Virus record (IMG/VR): IMGVR_UViG_3300020215_000016
Location: 1 to 45,379 of that record
From: a virus
Direction: 5' to 3' (one strand)
DNA: 45,379 nt
Within the stretch, counting starts at the first letter, position 1. Every line of letters begins with the position of its first letter. The notes under the pieces were generated by a model, which was not told the origin of the DNA, ran no database searches, and was given only the letters and a program-made list of their open reading frames with translations. Of the stretch, positions 18,261-25,578 are shown in pieces. A program made the position numbers and the translations under genes.

Positions 18261-19406
18261 TTAAGCAGGGCCGTCGGCCGAAGCACCTGGCCGGCGGCCT
18301 TGTGCATTTAGGGGCCAATTAGGGGCCGGAACGGGGAACTGGGAGGCAGAAAAGCGCCTATAAAGCACCTGATGGCTGGGCCTGACGTAGCGGAGCAGGC
18401 TTCGCGGGTCCTCCCAAATATGGGTCTTTAGCAGGTCCTCCATGTGCCCGCCGTCGGGTCCCTCTTGACCCAGATAGCGGTCCGCTGCGGTATGCCTGAA
18501 GCAGTGGAAGGTGATGTCATCCGGCAGCCCACCCTTCTTCCGCGCCGCCGTCATTTGATGCTGAATCGTTGGGATTGACCAGGGGAACACGCGGCCGGAA
18601 GCCTTGCGCGGGCCCATCATCTCCCTGGCCGCGGCGTTGATCGGGAAGACGCAGTCATAAACCGTCTTAGCCCTTGTCTTCCTGAGCTCCGCAGGGATAC
18701 GGCCCATCGTCCCAGATCCAATGATCTTCCCTGCTGCGTCACGGATATCAATATCCCAGACCCAGCGCCAGTCTAAAATGCAAATCTCGTTGATTCGCAG
18801 GAAGGTGTTTAGGGAGAAGGTGCCTGTTCGGTAGAGCCCTTCATATGCGTTTGCAAATAGTCTTTCGATCTCGGAGTCGAGCAGCGGGCGTCCACCACCG
18901 CCGCCGCTCAGCGGCTTCTTGACTGACTTCGCTGGGCTCTTTGTGATGTCACCGGAGCGGACGGCGGCGTTGAAGAAGGCGCACACCTGCCGGAAGTACA
19001 TCAGTGGGGCATCGCCGCTGTAGTTGTCCTCAAGCCAGTGCTTGTAGTCTTGGATGTTGTCTTCCGTGATCGCGGCCAAAGCTATTGCCCCGTGCTTTTC
19101 AACGAAGGGGGATAGGGCCGGCGTGTCGAAGCGCCGGAAGGTCTCGGGGTTGTCGCGGCTTTTGGTTTTGGAGTAAAGGTTCCAACGCTCCAGAACCGTA
19201 ATGGCTGTGTTCAGACGCTCGGCGGGGGGGAGACCGACATCCATCCGCTCAAAGTCGCGGCGCTTTTCTTTAGCGAATTCCAGGGCGTCGTCCCGACGGA
19301 CGAACACCTCCTGACTCGTCCCAAACTTCCCAGACCACCGGCAGCGCCAATTCTCGCCGCCGCGCTCTACCCAGACCTTCCAGCCTCTAGCCTTTCGTGG
19401 GCTCAT
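18261..19406 (-). CDS. int: Tyrosine integrase
   Basis: Contains LRINEICIL (Arg), FHCFRHTAA (HxxR) and LLRYVRP (Tyr). The start is taken as MSPRKARGWKVW. The 476-aa track ORF extends into the upstream gene. Confidence 0.85.
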   Translation of the reverse strand: MSPRKARGWKVWVERGGENWRCRWSGKFGTSQEVFVRRDDALEFAKEKRRDFERMDVGLPPAERLNTAITVLERWNLYSKTKSRDNPETFRRFDTPALSPFVEKHGAIALAAITEDNIQDYKHWLEDNYSGDAPLMYFRQVCAFFNAAVRSGDITKSPAKSVKKPLSGGGGGRPLLDSEIERLFANAYEGLYRTGTFSLNTFLRINEICILDWRWVWDIDIRDAAGKIIGSGTMGRIPAELRKTRAKTVYDCVFPINAAAREMMGPRKASGRVFPWSIPTIQHQMTAARKKGGLPDDITFHCFRHTAADRYLGQEGPDGGHMEDLLKTHIWEDPRSLLRYVRPSHQVLYRRFSASQFPVPAPNWPLNAQGRRPGASADGPA

Positions 19407-19767
19407 TCTCCGCCTTGGCCTGGGCATTCTCGATCCGCTCCCGTTCCAGCCCATAGAGGACGTAGAGGATAAAGAGTGCTGCCATAAGTCCAGCCTTCGG
19501 CGCCGCGCCGCGCAGGTAGTCGGCCCAAGCGTTGAATTTAGTGTCGCCGAGGACCAGGTAATAGACCCCGCAGACGATACAGAGGGCCAGAACGTACAAG
19601 AAAAAGTTTCGGATGCCGCGCACCACGCGGGGCAGCTTCGCCGCGTCGGCTTTCCCAGCGAGGCATAGAACCCAATGAATCGTAGAGGCAATGTATCCCG
19701 CCCACATCGCCGCCGCCAGCGAGAGGAGCGCGACGTCGGACCACAGGTTGGCGGGCTTCACCGCCAC
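19387..19767 (-). CDS. Integral membrane protein
   Basis: 126 aa with 3-4 TM segments. GGAGG lies just upstream of the GTG starts. The ORF overlaps the int start. Confidence 0.6.
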   Translation of the reverse strand: MAVKPANLWSDVALLSLAAAMWAGYIASTIHWVLCLAGKADAAKLPRVVRGIRNFFLYVLALCIVCGVYYLVLGDTKFNAWADYLRGAAPKAGLMAALFILYVLYGLERERIENAQAKAENEPTKG

Positions 19768-19786
19768 GCCTCCACGCCAGTAATGC

Positions 19787-19804
19787 GTTTACAGCCTTGT
19801 AAAC
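19787..19804. repeat. Perfect hairpin GTTTACA-gcct-TGTAAAC, with a third TGTAAAC at 19833-19839
   Basis: 7-bp inverted repeat with a 4-nt loop in an AT-rich intergenic gap. Confidence 0.8.
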
Positions 19805-19855
19805 AGATAAATATCGACGACAAATTGTATTTTGTAAACGGTTTTACGTAGACCG

Positions 19856-20131
19856 TCACGGCCTCGGCTCCCGCGTCCCTTCCTTCCCAGTATAGGGGTT
19901 GTAGTTGCCCTTGGTTCCGTAGTTGTTCATCTTTGAGGCGTCAGGCGCGGTTCGGCGGTGCGGCTCGACCAGGGCACCCGACCGCCGGTTGTGCCTTTCG
20001 ACACGTACCGGAGGGGAGTAGCTTGGCGCTGGCGCGGAGTAGGACTTGGGCGGGCGGCTGCGTGGGCTGCGCCTCGGCGCGGCGAAGGACGGCGCGGCCA
20101 CGGTGAGAAGGACTAGGGCTATGGTTTTCAT
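19856..20131 (-). CDS. Small secreted protein with a C-terminal GNYNPYTGKEGT motif
   Basis: The start MKTIALVLLTVAAPSFA is a signal peptide and has an ATGA overlap with the upstream gene. The tail RRSGALVEPHRRTAPD...NNYGTKGNYNPYTGKEGT resembles a widespread uncharacterised bacterial family (from memory). Confidence 0.6.
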   Translation of the reverse strand: MKTIALVLLTVAAPSFAAPRRSPRSRPPKSYSAPAPSYSPPVRVERHNRRSGALVEPHRRTAPDASKMNNYGTKGNYNPYTGKEGTREPRP

Positions 20132-20346
20132 AGTGGGACACTGGGCGGAGCGTCGGGGTCGGAGGTTGGGCTTAGCTGATTCACAACCCAATCCCTGCTC
20201 CGCATTACCTGCCACTCAATGTCGGCCAACTCTTTTTGACGTTGATTAAGCTCTCCTATCCATAGGGCGAAAGCAATCAGATACCAGGCCCAAGCGTGGG
20301 TCAGCCCAAATCCATGGATAAGGATGCAGGCGATAAATAAAGTCAT
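20128..20346 (-). CDS. Small membrane protein
   Basis: 72 aa with two hydrophobic helices. ATGA overlaps on both sides. Confidence 0.55.
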   Translation of the reverse strand: MTLFIACILIHGFGLTHAWAWYLIAFALWIGELNQRQKELADIEWQVMRSRDWVVNQLSPTSDPDAPPSVPL

Positions 20347-20699
20347 CGCTCGGGGTCCTTGAAGTGCATCTTTACCTGAGACACCGTGAGGGAGATTCCA
20401 AGGCTCATGGCGGCCTCACCCTCCTCTGTGACAGGGACCATGCCCCATTCCCACGGCTGGTAGCCGTCTCCAAAGCCAACAGCGAACAGGGCCCCAACCC
20501 TGGCGATAACGCAGAACACCGAGAAGAGCGCCCCGCTTCCGAGGATGAGCCACGCTGCCGACCACGCATCTCCCGAAAATAGGGCGGGAAGTTTCCAGCA
20601 AATCAGGACTAACTCCAAGATGGTGCAGGAGGCCAATGAAGCGAACACTGCGACATACGCAGGAGTGGCCAGTCTGAAGATAAATTTCTTTGAGAACAT
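20343..20699 (-). CDS. Integral membrane protein
   Basis: 118 aa with three predicted TM segments. It is the first gene of the leftward cluster. Confidence 0.6.
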   Translation of the reverse strand: MFSKKFIFRLATPAYVAVFASLASCTILELVLICWKLPALFSGDAWSAAWLILGSGALFSVFCVIARVGALFAVGFGDGYQPWEWGMVPVTEEGEAAMSLGISLTVSQVKMHFKDPER

Positions 20700-20928
20700 G
20701 GTCAGGCCATGACGACCGCGTAACCAAAATATGACGTTCTCATGTTATGCCTTTCCATGCCCTGCCCCTCTCTTTTGCGCTGCGATACGATCAGCTACGT
20801 CGTTCTAGACGGCTCCCGCGTTACCGTCGGCCTTCAACATAAGGAGCCCGACGTGTTCGTGATCATCTGCTTGCGTGATGCGGCCGGGTGCCAGCACATT
20901 ACGACGAAAACGGATGGCGCTCTCGCTC

Positions 20929-21165
20929 TCATGGAGCGCCTTGCCCGGGTGATGCGGGATGGGGTCGCTTGATGTTGCCTTCCCCAGGGTCCGATGCCGC
21001 CTGAATCTGGGCAATAGCCCACTCGATCAGGTCAACGCAAAAACCAGCGCGGCTGCGCTTCTTCTTTTTAGCGTAATCCTCGACAACGATAAGCAGCGGT
21101 CGCGGCAACTCGATACTGAATCGGACGGTTTCCTCGTCGGAGGCAGGCCCTCTAAATCTTTTCAT
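20929..21165 (-). CDS. Ribbon-helix-helix (Arc/CopG-like) DNA-binding protein
   Basis: VRFSIELPRPLLIVVEDYAKKKKRSRAGFCVDLIEWAI fits a beta-strand plus two-helix RHH pattern. The gene is divergent from the consensus promoter. Confidence 0.65.
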   Translation of the reverse strand: MKRFRGPASDEETVRFSIELPRPLLIVVEDYAKKKKRSRAGFCVDLIEWAIAQIQAASDPGEGNIKRPHPASPGQGAP

Positions 21166-21185
21166 GCAAAGCGGTAATTTTCTTC

Positions 21186-21214
21186 TTGACTTATGATTGT
21201 TAGTGGTTTATAAT
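21186..21214 (+). promoter_or_regulatory. Near-consensus sigma70 promoter (TTGACT-17 nt-TATAAT) embedded in a palindrome
   Basis: ttgact at 21186-21191 and tataat at 21209-21214. It is flanked by GACTTATGATT and AATCATAGTC, an imperfect inverted repeat. Confidence 0.75.
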
Positions 21215-21230
21215 AAATCATAGTCAGATC

Positions 21231-21428
21231 ATGACCACGCCAATGAACCCCGAGACCCCGAAGCGACGGCCGAGCAGGGAAGATTTTCTGGACGCGATGA
21301 GCGCGGTCGGTGGCTTGCATAGCACCCCGGGAATAAATGCAGCGGCCGAGAAGGTCATCGTTGCTTACCTTGCTGGCTGCTGCGAAGTTCACCCAGAACC
21401 CGGTAATAAGTCAGAACGGCCCCTTTGA
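21231..21428 (+). CDS. Hypothetical early protein (alternative start 21243)
   Basis: First ORF downstream of the consensus promoter. Its 3' end conflicts with the leftward ORF 21355..21633. Confidence 0.35.
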   Translation: MTTPMNPETPKRRPSREDFLDAMSAVGGLHSTPGINAAAEKVIVAYLAGCCEVHPEPGNKSERPL

Positions 21429-21633
21429 TGTCGCCAATGCTCGTGCTGCCCTTGACGATCAGCGCCGCCGCAAGCTGCGCCGCAACGATTTGATGATGAG
21501 GTTGATCGTTATCCATAGACGCTCCTAACAACAGAGATAAACCACGCCAATGGAAAAGAACCCCTGCCCCAAATTTAAGGGAGCGGAGAGTCGCAAGGGA
21601 ACGAAAGTTCATGGAGCCTCCCGGCTTCACCAT
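21355..21633 (-). CDS. Hypothetical protein (alternative start 21516, preceded by aggag)
   Basis: The ATG at 21633 is the end of the inverted CCACGCCAATG copy. An internal ATG at 21516 has a good RBS. Coding status is uncertain. Confidence 0.3.
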   Translation of the reverse strand: MVKPGGSMNFRSLATLRSLKFGAGVLFHWRGLSLLLGASMDNDQPHHQIVAAQLAAALIVKGSTSIGDIKGAVLTYYRVLGELRSSQQGKQR

Positions 21634-21768
21634 TGGCGTGGCCTTGTCTCTCCGTCTCCCGATTTTAACATAACCCGGTCGGAGCAATCCGACCTCCATT
21701 TAAGGATGGCCCAATGGTCGAAGCCTGTAAACCCCCACGCGTGTTTAGCTGCCGCGGGTGCCAAATGA
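21550..21768 (+). CDS. Hypothetical protein
   Basis: The ATG is the end of the second CCACGCCAATG copy. The stop overlaps the HTH gene start (ATGA). The amino-acid composition is unconvincing. Confidence 0.3.
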   Translation: MEKNPCPKFKGAESRKGTKVHGASRLHHWRGLVSPSPDFNITRSEQSDLHLRMAQWSKPVNPHACLAAAGAK

Positions 21769-21986
21769 AACACCTCAAGAATGGGGGGCGCATAGACCTC
21801 ATCCGTCAGAACCAACACCTCACGATCAGCGCCTATGCTGCCAAGTGTGGGGTCCCCGAGAAGACGATGGAGCGGATACTCCTGGGGTCCAACGAGCCGA
21901 ATGGGACTACGCTTTTGAAGATCATCAAGCGCGGCGGCGTCTCCCCAGACATCTTGGAAATCGACGGCTGGGAGGAATACGAGTGA
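21765..21986 (+). CDS. Cro/CI-type (XRE) helix-turn-helix regulator
   Basis: LTISAYAAKCGVPEKTMERILLG is a classical HTH. 73 aa from the internal ATG. Confidence 0.65.
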   Translation: MKHLKNGGRIDLIRQNQHLTISAYAAKCGVPEKTMERILLGSNEPNGTTLLKIIKRGGVSPDILEIDGWEEYE

Positions 21987-22216
21987 ACAGGGAACGGGTG
22001 CCCCTCCTGATGCAGGTCGGCAAAGTCGCCGCATGGCTCGGCCTCTCCAGGTGGACTGTCGCTGAGCTTTGTCGTAGCGGGGACTTTAAGTATGTTCCGT
22101 TCGGTCGGCGCAAGAGGCGCATTCGCACGGACTCGGTTCTGGCCTGGATCGACCGGAACACGGTTCACACCGCTGAGGACCTGCGCCGTCTGGTGGATGG
22201 TCGGAGGAAGTCATGA
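21983..22216 (+). CDS. Excisionase/MerR-type HTH DNA-binding protein
   Basis: GTGA overlap. MQVGKVAAWLGLSRWTVAELCRSGDFKYVPFG matches the Xis-family pattern. Confidence 0.6.
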   Translation: MNRERVPLLMQVGKVAAWLGLSRWTVAELCRSGDFKYVPFGRRKRRIRTDSVLAWIDRNTVHTAEDLRRLVDGRRKS

Positions 22217-22350
22217 TGCTTCTCTCGCTGCTTCTTAGAGATGGCCGGGAGCGAAGCGGCACCTACGACATATGGGAGGCTTTTGCCCAACTCGCCGCCG
22301 CCCGCGACTCGGGACAGCTCGTCGCCTTCTCTGTCACGGAGGTCAAGTGA
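22213..22350 (+). CDS. Hypothetical 45-aa protein
   Basis: ATGA overlap upstream and GTGA overlap downstream. Confidence 0.35.
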   Translation: MMLLSLLLRDGRERSGTYDIWEAFAQLAAARDSGQLVAFSVTEVK

Positions 22351-22442
22351 ACCGCGTCCTGTCCCGCATTCCGGCCTGGGCGGTGTTCCTTCCGGTCATC
22401 GGCAGGCTTCTCCTTCTCTCGATCACCCGGAGGAGCGCGTAA
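22347..22442 (+). CDS. Hypothetical 31-aa hydrophobic peptide
   Basis: GTGA and TAATG overlaps. Sequence VNRVLSRIPAWAVFLPVIGRLLLLSI... Confidence 0.3.
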   Translation: MNRVLSRIPAWAVFLPVIGRLLLLSITRRSA

Positions 22443-22660
22443 TGTGTAAGCACGGCTACACCACCGAGCCCATGCGTTACGGGGCCATCGTCTGCGGGGA
22501 CTGCGCTCTCTCGCGCTACAGCTTCATCGCCCGCATCAATCGCCTTTGGGACCGCATTGAGGAACTAAGCGAGCCCATCGGAAACGCGCTTATTGCTGTC
22601 GGCCTCGCTATCGCCGCCGCAGGCCTTATCTGGATCGCCGCACACGCCGGTCTCAACTAA
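22442..22660 (+). CDS. Small protein with a CxxC-type motif and a C-terminal TM helix
   Basis: 72 aa from the internal ATG. It contains CGDC and ALIAVGLAIAAAGLIWIAA. Confidence 0.5.
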   Translation: MCKHGYTTEPMRYGAIVCGDCALSRYSFIARINRLWDRIEELSEPIGNALIAVGLAIAAAGLIWIAAHAGLN

Positions 22661-22676
22661 GCCAGGAGGACACATC

Positions 22677-23603
22677 ATGGAAAACGTAATCGTAGAGCGC
22701 CCGACGCTGACGGCGCCCGAAGTCAAGGCCGGGATCGACCTTATTCTACAGGTCATGAAGTCCGTCATGAAGAACGGCGTGGACTACGGCGTGGTCCCTG
22801 GCTGCGGCGACAAGCCGACGCTCCTCAAGCCTGGCTCCGAGAAGATCCTGGCCACGTTCAAGATCGGCGTAGACCCCGAGGTCGAGGACCTGTCTACCGA
22901 GGACGAGGCCCGCTTCCGCGTGAAGACCCGCCTTTTCCATGAAGTGACGGGCATCGAGCTTGGGAAGGGCGTCGGCGAGGCCAGCTCGCACGAGGAGAAG
23001 TACAAGTGGCGCAAGGCCGTCTGCGATGAGGAATTCGCGGAGACCGCAGAGGACCGCAAGCGCCTCGCCTGGAAACCCGAGTGGAAGGGCGGTAGCAGGA
23101 CCGGCAAGTACATCCAGGTCAAGCAGGTCCGCACAAGCAAAGCCGACGTCTCCAACACCGTCTTGAAGATGGCCAAGAAGCGGTCACAGATCGACGGGAC
23201 GCTAACGGCAACCGCCGCCAGCGCCATCTTCAATCAGGACTTGGAGGACATGGAGGAGGAGATCCGGGACGCTGTGATCGGTGACGCGCCTCCTACCAAA
23301 GAGCCTATCAAGGAGCCCGAGGCCAAGCCCACGCAGCAGTCTCCGGTGACTAGCCAGGCCCAGTCGGAAGGCCTCCAGATCAAGAGCGTCCGTAAGCTCA
23401 AGAGCGGAACGTCTGACAAAGGCGAATGGAACCTCTGGCTCATCACCGACGCTGCGGGGACCGAGTACAAGACGTTCGACGACAGCAGCGCCGCTCTCGC
23501 CAAGACCGCCCACGAGCAGAAGAAGGGCGTCAAGATCGAGTCTGCCGCTGGACCAAAGGGCAACGACCTCAAGAGCATCGTGATGGTGGGGGAGTCGGCA
23601 TAA
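22677..23603 (+). CDS. Single-strand annealing protein (ERF/Rad52-superfamily-like)
   Basis: RBS aggagga. GDKPTLLKPGSEKILATF and SNTVLKMAKKRSQIDGTLTATAASAIFNQD resemble SSAP signatures (from memory). An exonuclease gene lies nearby. Confidence 0.55.
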   Translation: MENVIVERPTLTAPEVKAGIDLILQVMKSVMKNGVDYGVVPGCGDKPTLLKPGSEKILATFKIGVDPEVEDLSTEDEARFRVKTRLFHEVTGIELGKGVGEASSHEEKYKWRKAVCDEEFAETAEDRKRLAWKPEWKGGSRTGKYIQVKQVRTSKADVSNTVLKMAKKRSQIDGTLTATAASAIFNQDLEDMEEEIRDAVIGDAPPTKEPIKEPEAKPTQQSPVTSQAQSEGLQIKSVRKLKSGTSDKGEWNLWLITDAAGTEYKTFDDSSAALAKTAHEQKKGVKIESAAGPKGNDLKSIVMVGESA

Positions 23604-24347
23604 ATGAATCTGACACCGAACGGTGTCTCGCGCCTGTTACCCCGGCGCATCGTAGTCGAGAGTGAGCCCACAGAGGCGAACTCTGCCTGCTGCTATGGCG
23701 AAGGCAGACCCGTAGACGGCCTCTCGACGAACCGCCGCCTGATTCTCTCCATCAGAGCGGCCAATTTGAGTATGGCGGCGCGGCGAATGCCAGCACGACG
23801 GAATGCTGGGGCCACCGGGGCCGCAGGACACACGCGCACCTCTAAGCTGGAGGGGGTGGGATACCAGACGCTAGCTTGCCAATGGAATTCCTACCTGTCG
23901 GGGCAGCACCGACCCATACTCTTAAATTCCTGTAGCCACTCCCACCCGGAGCAGGCGAACGAAACGGGAGGGGTGCCTTGTCTTCATCGACGCGCCCTCC
24001 CACCCAGCGCGTCCATGCAGGCGTCCACCCTGCGGCAGGATTTGGCGACGGCCTGCCTGCCCGCGTTGGCTCACTTTTGCGACACGGAGCGGCTTGGCGC
24101 TGTTAGGCAAGGCTCGTCACGGCTGGGCCGGGCTCGGCTCGGCATGGCTCGGAAAGGCACGTCGCGTCATGGCAGGGCATGGATTCGTTTTTGTGGGAAT
24201 GACTGGTGACGAAATTTGCTGGCACTTGTCAGGGGGTCTGGCCTGTGGCCGACCCAGCATTGTCACAAAGCACATCCGCGGGCACGATGGTCAAATTGGG
24301 CTCATATCGCTCTGCATGAGCCACAAAGACGCATACAAGGAGGCGGA
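23604..24347 (+). other. Hairpin-dense region of doubtful coding status (candidate structured RNA or protein-binding repeat region)
   Basis: The only ORF (23604..24209) is Arg/Cys/Ser-rich with weaker GC3 than its neighbours. There are several perfect 6-8-bp stems, TCCCACCC twice plus its complement, and GGCAnGGC repeats at 24094-24182. Confidence 0.4.
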
Positions 24348-24902
24348 ATGCAGCAGGTAATTGACGTGGAGATAACGGGAATCTCAGCCCTTCTCCAAAA
24401 CAACTGGCAGGGCAGCGAAGAGCAAATGATCAGCAAGGGGAAGCGCAAGACTTCGGGTACTGCAAACAACGCCGATGAGTGGCGCGGCAAGCTATACCCG
24501 ATCCAGGGCGGACTTGGTCATCCAACAGCTGCCGTTGAGAACGCGATCATCAAGGCAGCCAGAGACTTCAAGGCCGACAAGCGCCGGACCATGGCGGAGA
24601 CAGTGAAAGCGACGGTGTTCTGTAACGAACCTTACGCGGTTCTTGTGGGGAAACTAGAGCCCGACCTGATCGACCGATCATCGATAGTCAATCCAAACAC
24701 TAAAGGCCGCGGCTTTCGCTATCGCCCTCTTTTCAATCCCGGTTGGAAGGCTCGATTTAGCGTCACCCTGGCAGACACGGAACTCGTCGAGGTTGATCGC
24801 CTTAAAGAGATGATCGACCACGCCGGGGCCCGCATTGGCATCGGCGACTGGCGGCCAAAGTTTGGGCGATTCTACGTTTCAGAGTTTAAGGTGAGAGGTT
24901 GA
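24348..24902 (+). CDS. Hypothetical protein (cassette inside the recombination module)
   Basis: Strong RBS caaggagg. 184 aa. The upstream part of track ORF 24216 looks non-coding. Confidence 0.7.
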   Translation: MQQVIDVEITGISALLQNNWQGSEEQMISKGKRKTSGTANNADEWRGKLYPIQGGLGHPTAAVENAIIKAARDFKADKRRTMAETVKATVFCNEPYAVLVGKLEPDLIDRSSIVNPNTKGRGFRYRPLFNPGWKARFSVTLADTELVEVDRLKEMIDHAGARIGIGDWRPKFGRFYVSEFKVRG

Positions 24903-24975
24903 TTTTCAGAAGGACGATTCTTGGCCAGGCTGGACTAGGCAGGGCCTGGCACGGCGCGGCCTGGTAGGGCATGGC

Positions 24976-25569
24976 ATGGATACTTTAACCGAACTAACAC
25001 AGCGCGGCGAGGAGTTTTTCCAGCAAGGCGTGAAGATGCCCCGCCTCACTGAGATCATGCAGGACCTTGGGATTGTTGACTACAGCAAGATACCGAAGGA
25101 TACCCGCAATTGGGCTATGGACCGTGGTAGCAAGGTGCATAAAACGTGCGAGCTTTGGGATCTCGGCACCCTGCGCGTCGAAACGCTGGACGAGCGCCTG
25201 GTGCCATACCTTGATGGCTGGCAGCGGGCCGTCGAGGACCTGCGGCTGACCTTTACCCACATCGAGGTCCGCATGGTCAACGAGACCTATTGGTACTGCT
25301 GCAAGCCTGACCGGGTGGGCGCGGCTGACGGGGAGCCTGCCGTCATCGAGATCAAGACCGGCGAGGTTCCTTGGTGGGTCGGCATGCAGCTTTCAGCCCA
25401 GGCCGCCTGCATGCCCGATGGACACACCTATCGCCGCATCGCCATCGGTCTTCCTGGGGATGGAACGTATAAGCCGGTCTACCCGGACAAACTCCCAGAC
25501 GGCAGAAACGACCGCGCGATGATCCTGACTGGGATTTCACTCTACAACCGCAAGCAGAACAATAAATAG
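24976..25569 (+). CDS. PD-(D/E)XK (RecB/Cas4-like) exonuclease
   Basis: GSKVHK ... CKPDRVG ... AVIEIKTG gives the D...ExK nuclease core. It is the partner of the annealing protein. Confidence 0.65.
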   Translation: MDTLTELTQRGEEFFQQGVKMPRLTEIMQDLGIVDYSKIPKDTRNWAMDRGSKVHKTCELWDLGTLRVETLDERLVPYLDGWQRAVEDLRLTFTHIEVRMVNETYWYCCKPDRVGAADGEPAVIEIKTGEVPWWVGMQLSAQAACMPDGHTYRRIAIGLPGDGTYKPVYPDKLPDGRNDRAMILTGISLYNRKQNNK

Positions 25570-25578
25570 GAGATCGCC

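Noticed and set aside
19407-19691. N-terminal 95-codon extension of the integrase ORF in the track (476 aa).
   Set aside because: The extension is low-complexity (Ser/Thr/Cys/Trp-rich) and completely overlaps the membrane-protein gene 19387..19767 in another frame. The integrase-like sequence begins at MSPRKARGWKVW (19406).
20742-20972. 76-aa + strand ORF convergent with the RHH gene. A shorter GTG-start version has an AAGGAG RBS.
   Set aside because: It overlaps the 3' end of the RHH gene, has poor composition at its N-terminus, and has no recognisable promoter. Evidence is insufficient to annotate it.
23604-24209. 201-aa ORF that starts immediately after the annealing protein stop (TAAATG) and lies in the same frame as both flanking genes.
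   Set aside because: Not accepted as a confident CDS. The product is Arg/Cys/Ser/His-rich with no domain-like stretch. Third-position GC is close to bulk composition, whereas neighbouring genes are clearly higher. The 3' third is simply the translation of the GGCAnGGC repeats. It is kept as an open question in the findings rather than annotated as a gene.
24215-24235. Sigma54-like TGGCAC element (gctggcacttgtcag).
   Set aside because: No TTGC follows at the required spacing of 5 nt after TGGCAC, so it does not fit the -24/-12 consensus.
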